Source: Chiloscyllium plagiosum (Eukaryota). From it: 64,000 nt of DNA. The stretch lies in assembly GCF_004010195.1 (NCBI RefSeq), contig NC_057718.1, positions 13,433,549-13,497,548 on the forward strand, given 5' to 3'. The notes beneath the pieces were generated by a model. The model saw only the letters and a program-made list of their open reading frames with translations, did no database searches and was not told the origin of the DNA. Numbering within the stretch: position 1 is the first letter of the stretch; the number at the start of each line of letters is the position of its first letter. Made by a program: the position numbers and the translations under genes. Shown here in pieces: positions 1 through 13,600 of this stretch.

Positions 1-960
1 AGATGAAATCTAAAATATTATGTCAACAGTTCCTGTTTTAGATCCTCTTTAGAATGTGATGTTTGAGTCTACACCTCAAGCACACATTGGTAACTGTATT
101 TATCACATTGTTCTGGTTATCAGAAATCTCTTGACATTTTTGAGGTTGACAACATAACTTCACAATACTTGGTTAAATAAAGATCTTAACTGATTTACTG
201 TTGTCAACTATCACATCAGCATGTGTAATCAGTACTGTATATTACTGCCATTAAGATGGAATAGTCTCATTTATCATCAGGGCATTTTAAGCTGGAAAGA
301 GCCATAATGTTAGAGAAATGCCCCAGGCATTTTAAATGTGGATGGTATAAATAAGATTGCCCAATTATTCACCATTCACCAAGCTTCATGTATCATGTTC
401 AAGCCACATATCTGACTTTTCAGATAGAATCATGAGCTCCTCTCCATTCTACAGGAACAAAACGGCCTTCAATTTGACTTTAGTTACTCCCCTTTCTCAC
501 TGGTGAGGAATACTAACACAAAGTTAATGAGATAATAATTATTCTTATGGTCAAGGCAAACCATTACCTTTTAATATAACGCTATTGTTTACTTCCAGTT
601 CTAGTAAATCAAGTGAAACCCTTTGGAACCAAATTCAGCTTAATCTCCCAGGAAAGAGAATTGAGAAGTGTGATCACATTCAGTTAGTTCATTGGTAGGA
701 CTTATACACACAGATTCATTGAATCACAGAACGGCAACTGTGCAGATGGGTACTATTCAGCTCATCATGCTTGTAAGAGTATCTCATTTCGAGATATTCC
801 CCTCCACCCCTCACCTCCTCAGTCCGGCAATTCTTATTTTCCCTTTCAGATAATTATCCAGATTTCTCTTTGGAAACAACAATTGAATCGTCCTCCACCA
901 TATTCAAAGGTAGCTGCTAGCAGACTATCTTGAACAAATTGTCATGAGGTATGACTCAGA

Positions 961-1164
961 ATAATTGAAAAAAAATTGCTGTTTTATAATTTACCCTCGT
1001 CCAAACCCAGCGTCAAAAATGGACACAATTCATCTTCAGGGTCTGAAGAGAAATTCTCCCATGATTGAAAAATAAAATTACTATTTTAATAAATTTATCC
1101 TTCTCTAAACCCAGCATCAAAAATGGACACAATTCATCTTCAGGGTCTGAAGAGAAATTCCCAC
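961..1164. repeat. Two-copy tandem duplication, about 100-bp unit
   Basis: Units 961-1060 and 1061-1164 share aaacccagc(g/a)tcaaaaatggacacaattcatcttcagggtctgaagagaaattc. Confidence 0.9.
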
Positions 1165-2046
1165 AAAAGCTTTCATTTGAAAAATATACATTTATCTGTG
1201 TTCACGGGTGCCTTTAATAGAAAGATGATAAATTGAACTCAATAGCATCTCCTCACACTAAGCGAATTCTCTTCTTATGCCCTTTATCTGACCTATATCC
1301 TTGAACAAAGAAGCATTTTTTATCCTGCCAACAAAACCTTTAAGATTGTTGAAGTGTACAATAAACAAAAACAGTGTTGCACAGCACAAGATCTGCAGGT
1401 CAATCTGGCAAGAGTTGATTGTTCCATTCAACAGGCAAGTGATGCACTTTAATGACTAATCCAACACACAGCCAGTGTGCTTCTGCCACCCTAGCTTTTA
1501 CATAGAGGGCGAGAAGGTAGTTTTCTGGTTGGCCTCAAAGAAAACTTTGTAGTGAGTGGTTAGAATCTGGAATGCACGGTCTGAGAGCATGGCAAAGGCA
1601 GATTCAATCCTGGCTTTCAAATGGGAATTGGATTAACAAAAGAAAAGTAAGTCACAGGGAAGAGGAATGGGATTAGCTGTGGAGGGCTGTCATGGACTTG
1701 ATGGGTTAAATGTCCTCCTTCTGTGTCATAAACATGCGATGAACTTTAGGTGCTGGTAGTGCTTATCCTTATAAACACATTTACAGTAATAAAGGAAAAG
1801 AAGGATCATTGGGACTTGAAACATTAACTCCTTTTTCTTTCCACGGATGCTGCTGAATTTCTCCAGCATCTGCAGTTCTTGGTTTTATTTCACAGTGATA
1901 AATACTAGCACAATGCTTTCTAATTAAATAGCCCTGCTGTATTACACCCTTCACCCTGCATATGTTAAAGGGTAATTACGCCAAGACAGAACAGAGCTTA
2001 AACTGGTTTTGTCAGAAAGATCTTGTCCCCTTAAAGGAACAGGCTA

Positions 2047-3150
2047 TTGCTAGCTGTGTCACAAGTTGCCAATATATGTCCTGTCCACCAAAAGACAAAT
2101 CCAACCTTGTCAATTATTGCTCCATCAGTCATGTCTCAAGATATTGTTGATAATGTTATTAAGCAACAACCTTACAGCAACAACTTGTCCACAGGTGTTC
2201 AGTTTGAGTTCCACCAGCATCACTCAGCTCCTGACCTCATCATTGCCTTTGTCAACACAAAAACAAAAGGGTTTCACTCCAGAGGCAAGGCGAGAGTGAC
2301 TGCCCTTGACGTCAAGGCAACATTTGACAGAATATGGCATCAAGGAACCTAAGCAAAACTGGAGTCGGGGTAAACTCTAGCCATTGTGTGGAGTCATGCT
2401 TGGCTCACTTGGGAGATGGTTATGGTGGTTGGAAGCCAGCCATCTCAGTTCTGCAGAAGATCCCCAGGCCCACTTATCTTCAACTGCTTCATCAATGACC
2501 TTCCCTTCATCATAAGGTGAGAAGGAAGGATGTTTGCTGATGAATGCACAATGTTCAGCGAACAATTTGCAACTCCCCAGATACTGAATTCAGTCCATGT
2601 TCAAATTTTGCAATACCTGGACAATATCCAGGTTTGGACCTATAAATGGCAAGTTGGTTTTGCACAACTGTTTGCAATGAACATCTCTAACAGGAGAGAA
2701 TCCAACTATCTCCTTTCAACGGCATTATTATGTCTGGCTCCCCATTCAGGCCAAAACAGACTGCTTAATTGCTACAACATCCAACACCTTCAACATTCAC
2801 TGCCTTCACCACTGATGCACTGTGGTAGCAGTGGGCACTATTTACAAGATGGGCCGTAGCAAATTGCCAAGGCTTTCTAGGTCAAGGGTAGCAAAAATAT
2901 CGGAACACCACCAGCTTACAAGTCCCCTCCAAGCCCCACACCATCCTGATTTGGAACTATACCATTGTTCCTCCAGTGTCGCTGGTTCACAATCCTGAAA
3001 ACCCTTCCTTAACAGCACTGTAAATGTCCCTGTATTGCATGGACTTCAGTGGTTTCAGGAGGCAACTCACCTCCACATTTTTTTGGGACAATTAGGGATG
3101 GGCAACAAATGCTGGATTAGCTGCTAAGTCCACATCCCATGAAAGAATTT
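2047..3150 (+). mobile_element. Degenerate CR1/L2-group LINE 3' fragment (RT remnant)
   Basis: ORF pieces ARVTALDVKATFDRIWHQG and MFADECTMF resemble non-LTR RT motifs; broken by stops and frameshifts; 3' part resembles 10100-10600 and 58648-59220. Confidence 0.8.
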
Positions 3151-3756
3151 ATAAAAGGTTAACTGATCACTCTGAATGGGAATCTTGTTAGGCTCATGGA
3201 ATTCACTGTGCAGAAGAAAGTAAACTTCTTAAACTTCACTCTTTGCTCAAATAGGTTTACAAGTGATTAAAATTAGCTGAAAATGATCCCTTCTGCATCC
3301 AATGTTTTATTGCATGTAACATATCTTTCAGATGCATTATAAATAATACAATATAATAATGCATAATAATAATAGTGCTGAAGAAAGATGCTTTGATCTT
3401 CAGAACCCTAAATGGTAATTTGAATGCTTTTTCCCCCAAATAAATCAGATAGAAACCAGGAAATTGAGATATTGTTACAGACTGAAAAATTAATCTGGTT
3501 GTGTTTGCCAAACTTGCAAAAACATCAAAGGCATCCAGGATTCATAGAAGCATGTGATCTAACTGACTAACAAGATATTAATTATTTAAGTTAATTGGTT
3601 CCTATCTCTTTTTGAAAATGCTAACAAAGTTAATTCACACTGTGGTTAACAGGAAGGTTGTTTTTCAAACTCTTGCACATTGCTTTGACAGTCTTCTCAC
3701 GATGAAGACCAAATATATTCTGGCACATCTGTGATTGCATTACGTGGACACTCCCA

Positions 3757-3812
3757 ACTCTGTTTTGTGGTCGAGACGTCTGATGTCCAAAATGTGCTCT
3801 CCCTTTCATTTT
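3757..3812. repeat. 56-bp direct repeat, copy 1 (copy 2 at 5093-5148)
   Basis: actctgttttgtggtcgagacgtctgatgtccaaaat(g/a)tgctctccctttcatttt; one mismatch between copies. Confidence 0.95.
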
Positions 3813-4379
3813 AATCAACAAATAATGTAAATTGTTTCTGATTTAAAATTATTTATTGTGGTCTTTTTTGTATTGAGTCTACAGTCATGTGTCATGACAA
3901 GTTTCTATAGATGAAGGTGTGCTATTATTGCAAGGAATAAGCAAATATATGATAATATCAGATAAATATAGCTGATGTGGTATAGGAAACCTCTCAACCC
4001 ACTGTGTAAATGGCAGCTCTTTATTAGAACAATCACGAATGAATGACACTGTCCTGCTCTCTGCACTTTTCACACAGAAAGATGTCAAATTTCTAGTAAA
4101 GGGACAGGCCTTGCAGCCTAAATAAGGATGTAGACATGAGGGGTAGAATGGCTTCTTTCTATGGCTCTAAGCTTTATTTATTGGTATTTCTGCTCCACAC
4201 TAGCCTTCTCTCACCCCCACTTTGTTTGATCCCATCAGGGTCATCCTTTTTTTATCTTACTTCACCATGTAATTTCCTTTTCATACATCTGTTTTGCTTT
4301 CTTCTATATATACAGTGCTCTGTAAAGAGAGGGCATACTAAAGCATTTTATGGTTAGAGATAATGGGTGGAAAGGAGGG

Positions 4380-4570
4380 GAAATGGCCTAGTAGTAATAT
4401 CGTTAGACCTGTAATCTGGAGACCAAGGTAACGTTCCGGGGACTTGAATTTGCATCTTGCCATGGCAGATGGTGGAATTTTAATTCTAGATTTCTATTGA
4501 ATTCAAAGTCTATTGATTACCATGAAATCATTGTCAATTGTTGGGAAAAACCCATCTGGTGCATTCACTG
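4380..4570 (+). mobile_element. tRNA-derived SINE 5' fragment
   Basis: A-box-like tggcctagtagtaatat followed by catggcagatggtggaattt; same family reversed at 44340-44669. Confidence 0.65.
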
Positions 4571-5092
4571 AACCATGATTGTGAAAGCTCCCTGGATAGT
4601 GGACTGTCAGGGACTACAGAGTTTTCTTTTAGGAGTATACTGTGGAAAGTGGAAGTTGGACGCTGCCATATAACTATATAGTATCAGGAGAGGGCTTGTT
4701 TTCTGCAACTTGAAAATCAAGTGGAATTGTGTTATGTACGCTTTAGCTACACAAAACAATATTACTTTTTGAAGTAGAAAGTTGGATACTTTGAGACACA
4801 GTGACATTAGATTAATTTGAATTAAGGGAAAACTACCTAACAAAAGCCTTTAGGTAGGTCCAACTGCAGTTTGTTACGGACTTGTGACTGCCATTTACTC
4901 AGAGACATTCAGAAGCCGGGAAATTTCTCCCTGTGATTATAAAGACAAACAAAAACCTAGAGACTAGACAGAAAAGATTCCAATAGAAGAAAAGATCTAG
5001 GTCCATTATCAGCTATTGAATAATTGATCAACCATTTCTCCACAGATATCATCGTGTCATCATTGCTAAATTCAAAAGAACTGAAGTAAATG

Positions 5093-5148
5093 ACTCTGTT
5101 TTGTGGTCGAGACGTCTGATGTCCAAAATATGCTCTCCCTTTCATTTT
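5093..5148. repeat. 56-bp direct repeat, copy 2
   Basis: Near-identical to 3757-3812. Confidence 0.95.
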
Positions 5149-6867
5149 TTTAAAATCCATAATTGACTTATTCATGTGATGTGGGCATCACTGGCTGGGC
5201 CAGCATTTATTGCCCATTCGTAGTTGCCCTTGAGAAGGTGATGGTGAGCTGCCTTCTTGAACTGCTGCAGTCCACCTACTGTGGGTTGACATACAAATCC
5301 ATCAAGAGAGAATTCCAGGGTTTTGACCCAGTGACAATGAAAGAACGATAATATACTTTCAAGTCAGGTTATTGGGCAGCTTGGAGGGAAAGTTGCAGGT
5401 GGATGCAAGAGAGTTACTCACTAACTAAACCCATGGAATCAATTTGTTACAGTTTAAACTCATTCAGTGCAGAGACTATAGTGTCACTCTGAAAGTACAA
5501 CCAAGAGTAGGTTAATCAGATCAATATGCTGGTCATGCAGCACACAAAAAAAAGACCCTTCGGCCCATCATGTTCACACTGGTCATAAAGAAACCACCTA
5601 ACTATTCGAATCCTATTTTCTAGCTCTTGGTCAATATGGAGGTCCTTATGGGTCATTTGGCCCATCATTCCTGTGCTGGCTCTTTGGTGGAGCTACTCAA
5701 TTAGTTGCACTCTCCTACTCTTTCCCCATAGCTGTGTATTTTCTTTCTCTTCAAGTATTTTGCACTCATCAGGACAATTGGCAAGAAATACCAAAGTAAA
5801 GAGAAAGCAACATTTATACAGTCGAGAGGAGAGCGCTGATTGATTCACTTGTCCACCAATCAGTACTCCCTTTCCATTGGATTTTCTTGCAAATTATCCT
5901 GGTGAATTCAAATCTAAAACTTGGACAAAAATGTACCTTTTTCCAGCAATAACTTTTAAAATAATAAAATTAAGGAACACTACACACCCCTCTGCCATTT
6001 CAGAAGTAATTCAAAAGATGTTGAAGCTGCGACGTGTTGAGATTGCTCAGCCCACTTGATTTTACCCATGAATTTCTTCAATTCCACTTCATTAGTTTTT
6101 GTGGATTACTGCTAGAGTCTGTTCTATAATTCTCAGGAGAATTGGGACCTAGCTGCTTTAAATGTGATAAAGAATATAAACCTCTACTGTTGAGCAAATA
6201 TAGGACAATGATCGGCTGTTTACCAGTGGCACTTAAAAACTCTGCATGGAACAACCTGCTTATTTATCACATCCCTTTTCAAACATTGGAACAGTTTTAT
6301 GAGGCTGCAGCAGCAGCTTCACCTGCTGTTCAATGGTTATTCTGTCACTCCTCCATAATCTGTCCTCCAACACATTTCCTTCGTATAAAACCTAAACATT
6401 TTTCAATTTGCCAAGATAGACATCTTCAATTGTAATTTAGTACATCATGTAACACAAGATCAGTATCCACATTACCGATCCTGATACTGTTAAACACTTA
6501 TATCAGTTAAAAAGATCGCTTTTGGTAAGAGAGAACAATCGAAATAATATGGGATAAGGGTCTTGATTATTAGAAATATACAGAGTCTTTACACTAATGA
6601 ACTCCTTTGAGAAATGAAACTGTAAATACATTAATTTTTTTCATCAGACAATCCTCAAAACTACACAAAAAAAGTTTAAAAGTCTGATATACAGGTTAGC
6701 ATTTTCAAGATACATCCTGTATGATGGATCAGACAGATAAACTTTTTGTCATAATCAAGTCATTAGACATTGAATAAGACAACAATTTAAAACACCCTTC
6801 AGTTTAGTCTAACTGATTCATGACTGGATATGATGTGCATGGAATTCCAAGGGTAGAAATAACTCAT

Positions 6868-6899
6868 TCCTGAAGAAGGGCTTATTCCCGAAACGTCGA
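6868..6899 (+). ncRNA. Minimal type-I hammerhead ribozyme motif
   Basis: CTGAAGA (6870-76), extra A, GGG-cttatt-CCC stem II, GAAA (6890-93), CG, TC. ACGT is a palindromic stem III; predicted cut after GUC at 6897. Stem I is only about 2 bp. Confidence 0.7.
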
Positions 6900-6959
6900 T
6901 TCTCCTGTTCCTTGGATGCTGCCTGACCTGCTGCACTTTTCCAGCAACACATTTTCAGC
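6868..6959 (+). mobile_element. 92-bp Penelope-associated mini-element with hammerhead motif and 14-bp TSD
   Basis: Flanked by tagaaataactcat at 6854-6867 and 6960-6973; body homologous to 38388-38482 and 63775-63864. Confidence 0.85.
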
Positions 6960-6974
6960 TAGAAATAACTCATC

Positions 6975-8635
6975 ACAAAATTGTTACCGTTCAGAAGGAA
7001 GCCACTTGGCCATTATGTCTGCTCTAGCTCTCTGAACATTTTAACTGAGTACCAATCTCCTGCCTTTTTCTTGTAACCCTGTACTTTGTTTCCATTTAAA
7101 TAATTGTCCGATACCCTCTTGAATGCCTCCATTGAACCTGCCTCCAAAACCCTTCCAGGCACGGCATGCCAGACCTAAACCACTCACTGTGGGGAAAAAA
7201 TATTTTCCCCCAATCGCACATTTGCTTCTTCTGCAAAACTCTTTAAAACTGGGACTTCTGGCTCTTGATCCATTTATGAAAAGAACAGTTTCGCCTTAAT
7301 TACTCTATGATTTTGAAAACTTATGTCGAATCTTCTCATAGCCTTCTCCATTCCAAGGAAAACAGCCCCACTTTCTACAATCTATCATAACTGAGACCTC
7401 TCTTCCCTGGAAACAGTGTCATAAACCTCTTCTGCACTCGTTCCAGTGCATTCATGTCCTTCCTCTGGTGTGACTGGACAGCCGGTTTGCAATGTAGGTG
7501 ACACCAACAGCGTAGTTCAGTTCCTGCATTGGTTGAGGTTACCATTAAGATCCTGCCTTCTTAACCTCTCCACTCACCTGTGATGTGGTGACCTTCAGGT
7601 TAAACCACCACTAGAGGTCTCTCTTGAAGGAGAGAAAGCAAGCGAACGGCTCTATGGCCTGATAAGACTATGGCCACTTTAGCCTTTGTAGTATGGCACC
7701 CAGAAATGTACACAGTTCTCCAGCTGAGGACTAAGGAATGTCCTAAAAAAACCTCATTGCTGTTTTACTCTGTAATCCTATTCTAAGCTTTGAATACTGT
7801 AAACTTTAACTAATAGCTCTCTCTATTGCTACCTTTGTGTGCACATGACTTAAGTACACTCAGAATCTTTCTGCTCCTGCGCACCCTGTAGAATAGTGAC
7901 CTCTACTTTAGATTCTCTCCCTGTATTATTTTCAAAATGTAGCACTTCAACTTCTCTGCATTGACCTTCATCTGCCACCTATCTGCCCACTCCACCAATG
8001 TATCAGTGTCCCTTTGAAGTTCTATGCTGTCTTCACACATTATAATTCTCCCAATTTTTGTGTCATCTACGAACTTTGAAATTGTCCTCTGCACACCAAG
8101 ATCTAGATCATTGACATATATGAAGAAATCAAGGGTCCTAAAAGTGACCCCGGGAACACAATTTCAAAATTTCTTCCAGTCTGAAAAACATGCATTAATC
8201 ACTACTCTGTTTTCTATCTTTTAACCATTGTACTTGTAACAGTCCTTATTATTCCGTGACTTATAACTTTTCTCACAAGACTGTTGTGTGGCACTGTATC
8301 AAATACATTTTGGAAGTCCACATACACTACATCAATAGCCCTCCTCCCATCAACCCTCTTGTTACCTCTTCAAAAAACTCCAACATTTTGTTCAGATTTT
8401 CCCTCAACAAATCCTTCTGGACTCTTCAGGGTCAATCCACGTGATTAATGTCATCCCAAATAATTGTTTCTCAAAGTTTCCCAACCATCAGAATTAAACA
8501 GACCGACCTGTAAATTGCTGGGCCGATCTTGACAACCTCTTTTAGACAAAAGCATACTGTTTGCAAATATCCATTCCTCTGGCACCATCCCTGAATTCAG
8601 GGAAGATCGAAAGATTATTGCCAGAATCTCTGTAA
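6975..8635 (-). mobile_element. Old CR1-like LINE fragment, interrupted by a SINE at about 7470-7687
   Basis: Minus ORF TISKFVDDTKIGRI...LQRDTDTLVEWADRWQMKVNAEK is the CR1 RT FADD region. Confidence 0.8.
7470..7687 (+). mobile_element. SINE-like insertion nested in CR1
   Basis: Interrupts CR1-like sequence; ends ctatggccactttagccttt; family not firmly named. Confidence 0.55.
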
Positions 8636-10099
8636 TTTCACAGAATTATAGAATCCTTACAGTGTGGAACAGGCCATTCAGACCATCGAGTCTATGCCAC
8701 CCCTCCAAAGGGCATCCTGCCCAAACTCAGCCCCCCTACACGATAACCTCACATTTACCCAAGGCTCGCCTTCACATCCAGTCTCATTTCCTTCAGTACT
8801 CTTGGATGTAGCTCAAACTGTGTAGCCTTATCAACCAATACCTCTAATAATTCAATTTTAAATCCTTTGTGGCTGAGTTTTCTCCTCTGTAACTATGTGC
8901 CTCACAGGTAGAACCAGAAAATATCAGCATTTTGGCCATGTAATCACAGCTAAAAAGCTACAGAAACCTCTTACAGAGGACAACAGAAACAGGGGATGAC
9001 CTGGGCATAGTTGGATAATGGATGTCACAGAGTAGTTGTGGACAAGTTACTGTGGATGTGGGAAGATACAGTAAGATAGTTGAACATGTCATACCATGAT
9101 AGTAGAAAGTGCTGGAGAAACTCAACAGGTCTGGCAGAATCTGTGGTGAGAGAAACAGTTTCCTGGTTTCGAGTCCAGTATGACTCTATTTTGGAACCCA
9201 GAAGGGAGATCAGTTGAAATGCATAAAATTGGGGAAGAGATTCGATCATTGTAAATACAATGATACTTCAGACAAAGAATCAACTTCCCATTTTCCACTT
9301 GGTAAAGAGTCAACTCCTTCTGGAGTACAGCACCACAGGGAAGCTGACAATTTATTCAAATATTGCAGACAGTCCTGTCACGTCTGACCCGGATTTTAAT
9401 CATGACATATGGAATATCAAAAGTGTGTTTTTCTTCAGGTTTTGGTGAACAACAATCAGAATTAGAACACAATTAGTAACCTAGCAACCTTTTGGCAATC
9501 TAGATTCAGAAGTGATACCCCTGAATTTTATTCAGCCTGATAAAAATTCACCTTGTCCTTCCTTTAAATTGAACGATGATTCGTACTCAGCTACCACTGC
9601 TGCTTACCTCTTCCTCAGCTATGTCATGCTGTAGTGGAAAGGAGATTTTAAAATATTTTGAATCTTTGATTCCTTGAAATTTCAAACAATGCCCTGAAAA
9701 TCTTAAATTCCATGTCAAGGAATATAACTTCCCGAAACATTTTCTGTATCTGCAAAGATGCTAAAATTTCTACCAGGATCAATTTATTCTTCTCCTGAGA
9801 TTGCAAGAGGCAATAATTTCTCATGGCAGCGTTCAGTTTAGGAATCGTCCTCATAGTCAAGCTCTGACCCAAGTCAGAGACTGAGGCACCAGTTATAAGT
9901 AGCTAGGCAACACCAACTCAGCTCAGCACACACTGACTGAACCTTGGATTATCTCTAAGTGTGTACAATGTAGAATGACCCACTTCTTATCGGTATCTTC
10001 ACTGCATTTGGTCAGGCCCCAGAAAATATTGCAAGCTTCATTTTATGTTGACATTTTCATGTTACACAATTTTACATACTTTCTCAGTACTATGGTTAC

Positions 10100-10605
10100 A
10101 AGAGCAGGTCAGAGGCTGGGAAATCAGTGGCAAGGAATCTATCTCCTGACTCTCCAAAGTCTGTCTGTCATCTACAAAGTACAAGTCATGAGTGAGATGA
10201 AATACCATTTCAACGTGGCTGGATGAGTGGAGCTCCAAAAAGCTCAACATTATCCAGGACAAAACTGCCTGCCTGATTCGTGTCCCATTCACTGCCCTGA
10301 ATAGTCACTCCCTCCACTACCAATGCACTGTATCAGCAAGTTGCACTGCATCAATTCACCTTCCAAACCTGTGAATTGTCCCATCCAGAATGAGAACTGC
10401 AAACGCATGGAAAAATCACCACTTACATGTTCTCCTCCAAGCTGAACACCATTCCTATTTGGAACTATATTGCTGTTTCACCACTATTATTGGGAACAAA
10501 ATCCAAGAACTCCTTTCCAAACAGCACTGAGTGCAGATCCATATGGGCTACAGTAGTTCATGGAGGCAGCTCATCACTACTTTCTTAAGGGAGATTAGAG
10601 ATGTT
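10100..10605 (+). mobile_element. CR1/L2-group LINE 3' fragment
   Basis: Visibly similar to 58700-59220 and 2750-3150. Confidence 0.7.
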
Positions 10606-13600
10606 CCCCAAATTAACACCATTAAAAGTAGATCATTTATCAATGTTATTGTGAGACTTTACTTGATGGTTTGGCTGCTACATTTGCTGATATGACCACA
10701 GTAATGAACATTTCAAAAGTGCTATGATTTGGAACATCCTCAGAATATGAAAGATGTGAAATGAACACTTGTTAATCATTAAATGTGTGTGTTTTGAATC
10801 AAATGAGTTGAAGGTCATTGATGTTAGCGAATAGAACTTTGTTTAGTCACATCAACTATTTCAATGTCTGGTAAAGGACAAGATAGATATATTCTGCCTT
10901 GCATTGTACCTTAAAGGAAGAAACCACCATTTCAAAGTATTGGGCTGTGCTTTTAAGGAGTGCTGGCTGGAAAGTGGAGCTGAGACCACAACCAAGTCAG
11001 CCAACAATCTCGTTGATTGGTGGAACAGGCTCGAAGGGTCAATTGGCTTTTACACCTGTTCCAATGTTCATTCTGCAAGACTTCCCTCGTTGAGCTATTA
11101 ATGAAAAATATAAATGAAATTGTCAACTTGAGCAGCCACAGATGGGGACAGCTGGCTGGAGAACTGCTGAGTCTTTCAACTCGAGACACTTTGCTGACTG
11201 AAGCAATTAGCCCATTGTAAGTTACAATTCAGGCCGTGCAATCTTCCAGTGCAAATATGAGGTGCCTGGTGATTAAATCAGTATATATATCTATACAAAA
11301 CAGTTACCTCTCTGGCAGGCAACTTTGTAAGATTGTCACGTTCTCCTGAAAGAAGGAATGAATTCACACTTTGACCTTAATGGGTGGGAGTGGTACGGCA
11401 GTTTGATGATTGGTTGTGTACTGTATTGCTTCCATCTAATGTCATTTGCAGAAGAGTGACTCTTACGCCACACCATTGAGATCCTTCCATTTCCCGCTCT
11501 AGTTTCAGTCTTTTCTTTATTCTGTTGAGAGGTGTGGGTGGTGCTGGCAAGTCAACATCGGCTAGTATCAGCAACCATTCAGAAATGTCCTTAACAGAGA
11601 CGCTTGCTAAGGACACTGCTGAGAGCAGTGAAGAGAGAACGACATGTGGCTGTGGAATGACATGTAAGCCAGACTGGGTAAGAATAGCATATCTCTTCCT
11701 CAAAGGCTTTAATGAATCAGATGAGTTTTTACAACAACATTCGATAGTTTCAGTCACCATCACTATGATTTACTTTCATTTCCAGATTTATTAATTGAAT
11801 TTAAATTTCGCCAGCTATTCTTTTTTCATGTGTGTCTGTGGGGTTGAATTTGAACCAATACTCCAACAGCATTAGCCTGGACTTCTAATGACTATTACCA
11901 CAAGCTATCTTCTACCCTTCATGAATCCTGGGCTAAATTTCACCAAAGGTCAGCTATGCAATATTTTGTCGATTTTCACAAAGCATTTCTCTCAGTGAGG
12001 CCAAGTGGGATTTCTCATGATGTTTTCCCAAGCTCACTTTATTATTTAGGCACGATGTGCCTTTCGCTCCTTGTTCATCGTTTCCTTCTTCTTGCCACAG
12101 GTACATGCCACATCAGGACCTCCTTGAATTCCTGGAGCCAGCACCAAGTCAAACAGCAGCAGTCCCAGAGCTTCCCTTGATCCAGATTTGATGGATGAAG
12201 GGACCACTTTATTGACAGGGAGATGCCATACCACTCCCACCCTGGGTGGTGACAGAGTGCTGTCCTCTTCCACCAAGATGGCAATGGACAACGTGCCTAC
12301 ACACACCATGAGTCTGGTCTGAGGTGGTACCTGGGGCAGTGTGGTATGTGGTCTGGAGGAATGGCCAGCAATGCAGGAAGAAGGTCAATGGTCAATTCTC
12401 CATTCTGGAGGGGTAGGTACCACCATCTTCTCTCTGCGACTGCACCCAATTCCCACCAAAGCTTATTCTACCATTTCACTATTACATGCACATCTTCCTC
12501 ACTTACTCTCACTCAATTACGCCACTCCAACTAAGCTTGCATGCACTCTGTGATGGTCACTTACTCACTCTGGACACCTCACCATCTTTCCCCCAGCTCC
12601 ATCAACATTGAAACAGTGCCAATCACCTTCAGCCCTCTTCATCCTTCTCATTCCGGGAGAAAATTACCTACTCTGGGCAAAGAAAGCCATGGTAAGTGGT
12701 GCAATACCCAAAGTTCAGCTCCTCACATGCCCCTCGCCCCATCAAAAGCATCCTACTGTCCTTGACTGTTCAGAACAGTCACCATAATCGTAGTGATGCT
12801 GAAACCAGCATGTCACAGCAACCAAGTAATAATTATTGTACATTGCTGTGCTGCTCTCTCATTTATGTTACTGTTAATGTGCTCTTAACATACCTGAACA
12901 TCTTGCTCTTTATCCTGTGGCACTTTCTCTCCTGCAAACAACCACCAGGGTAGCCTGCAAGACATCTCCTTCTCCAACTCTGGAGGTCTGAGCCACAAAT
13001 CCTTCAGAGGAAATACCAGCAAGATTGCCTCTTCCACCCTCAACCAGCTTGGGTATTGACACCTCATGGATATTTTTACTAAATTAGAATTGGGAGCCCA
13101 ATCTGGTGAGCACATCACTGCCATGCTAGTTTATCCCCAACCAACCCAGTTATTCCATTCCACTCTTTATTCCAGGACCCAGGCATATTGAATCATCACA
13201 CAAGACTCTAATACCCAACCAGCACACCCCACCCACAACTCCAACTGAAGTCAGGGTGAGTCCAGACTGCCGATGACAACCCTTATTACCCCTTTTCTTC
13301 CCATGTAATCTCTCCCCCATAATACATTGAGTTGCTGTCCCTCGCATCCCAACATGCTGTCCCAATCCCCACAATTGAATTCCCCAGTTTCCTTATCAAG
13401 CAATGATAATTGTGTCCACCTTCAGCATTAGGTGGACAGACCATCACATCCCTCCCCCCCAATCAACTAGGGCCCAGTCCTTTGACTGACTTGAAAGACA
13501 CCCTAGACTGCTGACTGATCTCTGCATAGCTTCCTGACTAACCTCCTGTGCACTGATTGTATCGAGTCCATAAGGCTGACTACAATCCACTCCCCAGATT

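Noticed and set aside
1043..1060. CTGAAGA followed by GAAA as a hammerhead
   Set aside because: There is no stem II between CTGAAGA and GAAA.
5009..5063. Minus-strand ATGATGA...CTGA as a C/D snoRNA
   Set aside because: Only about 55 nt, no terminal stem, no recognisable guide, and not in a known intron.
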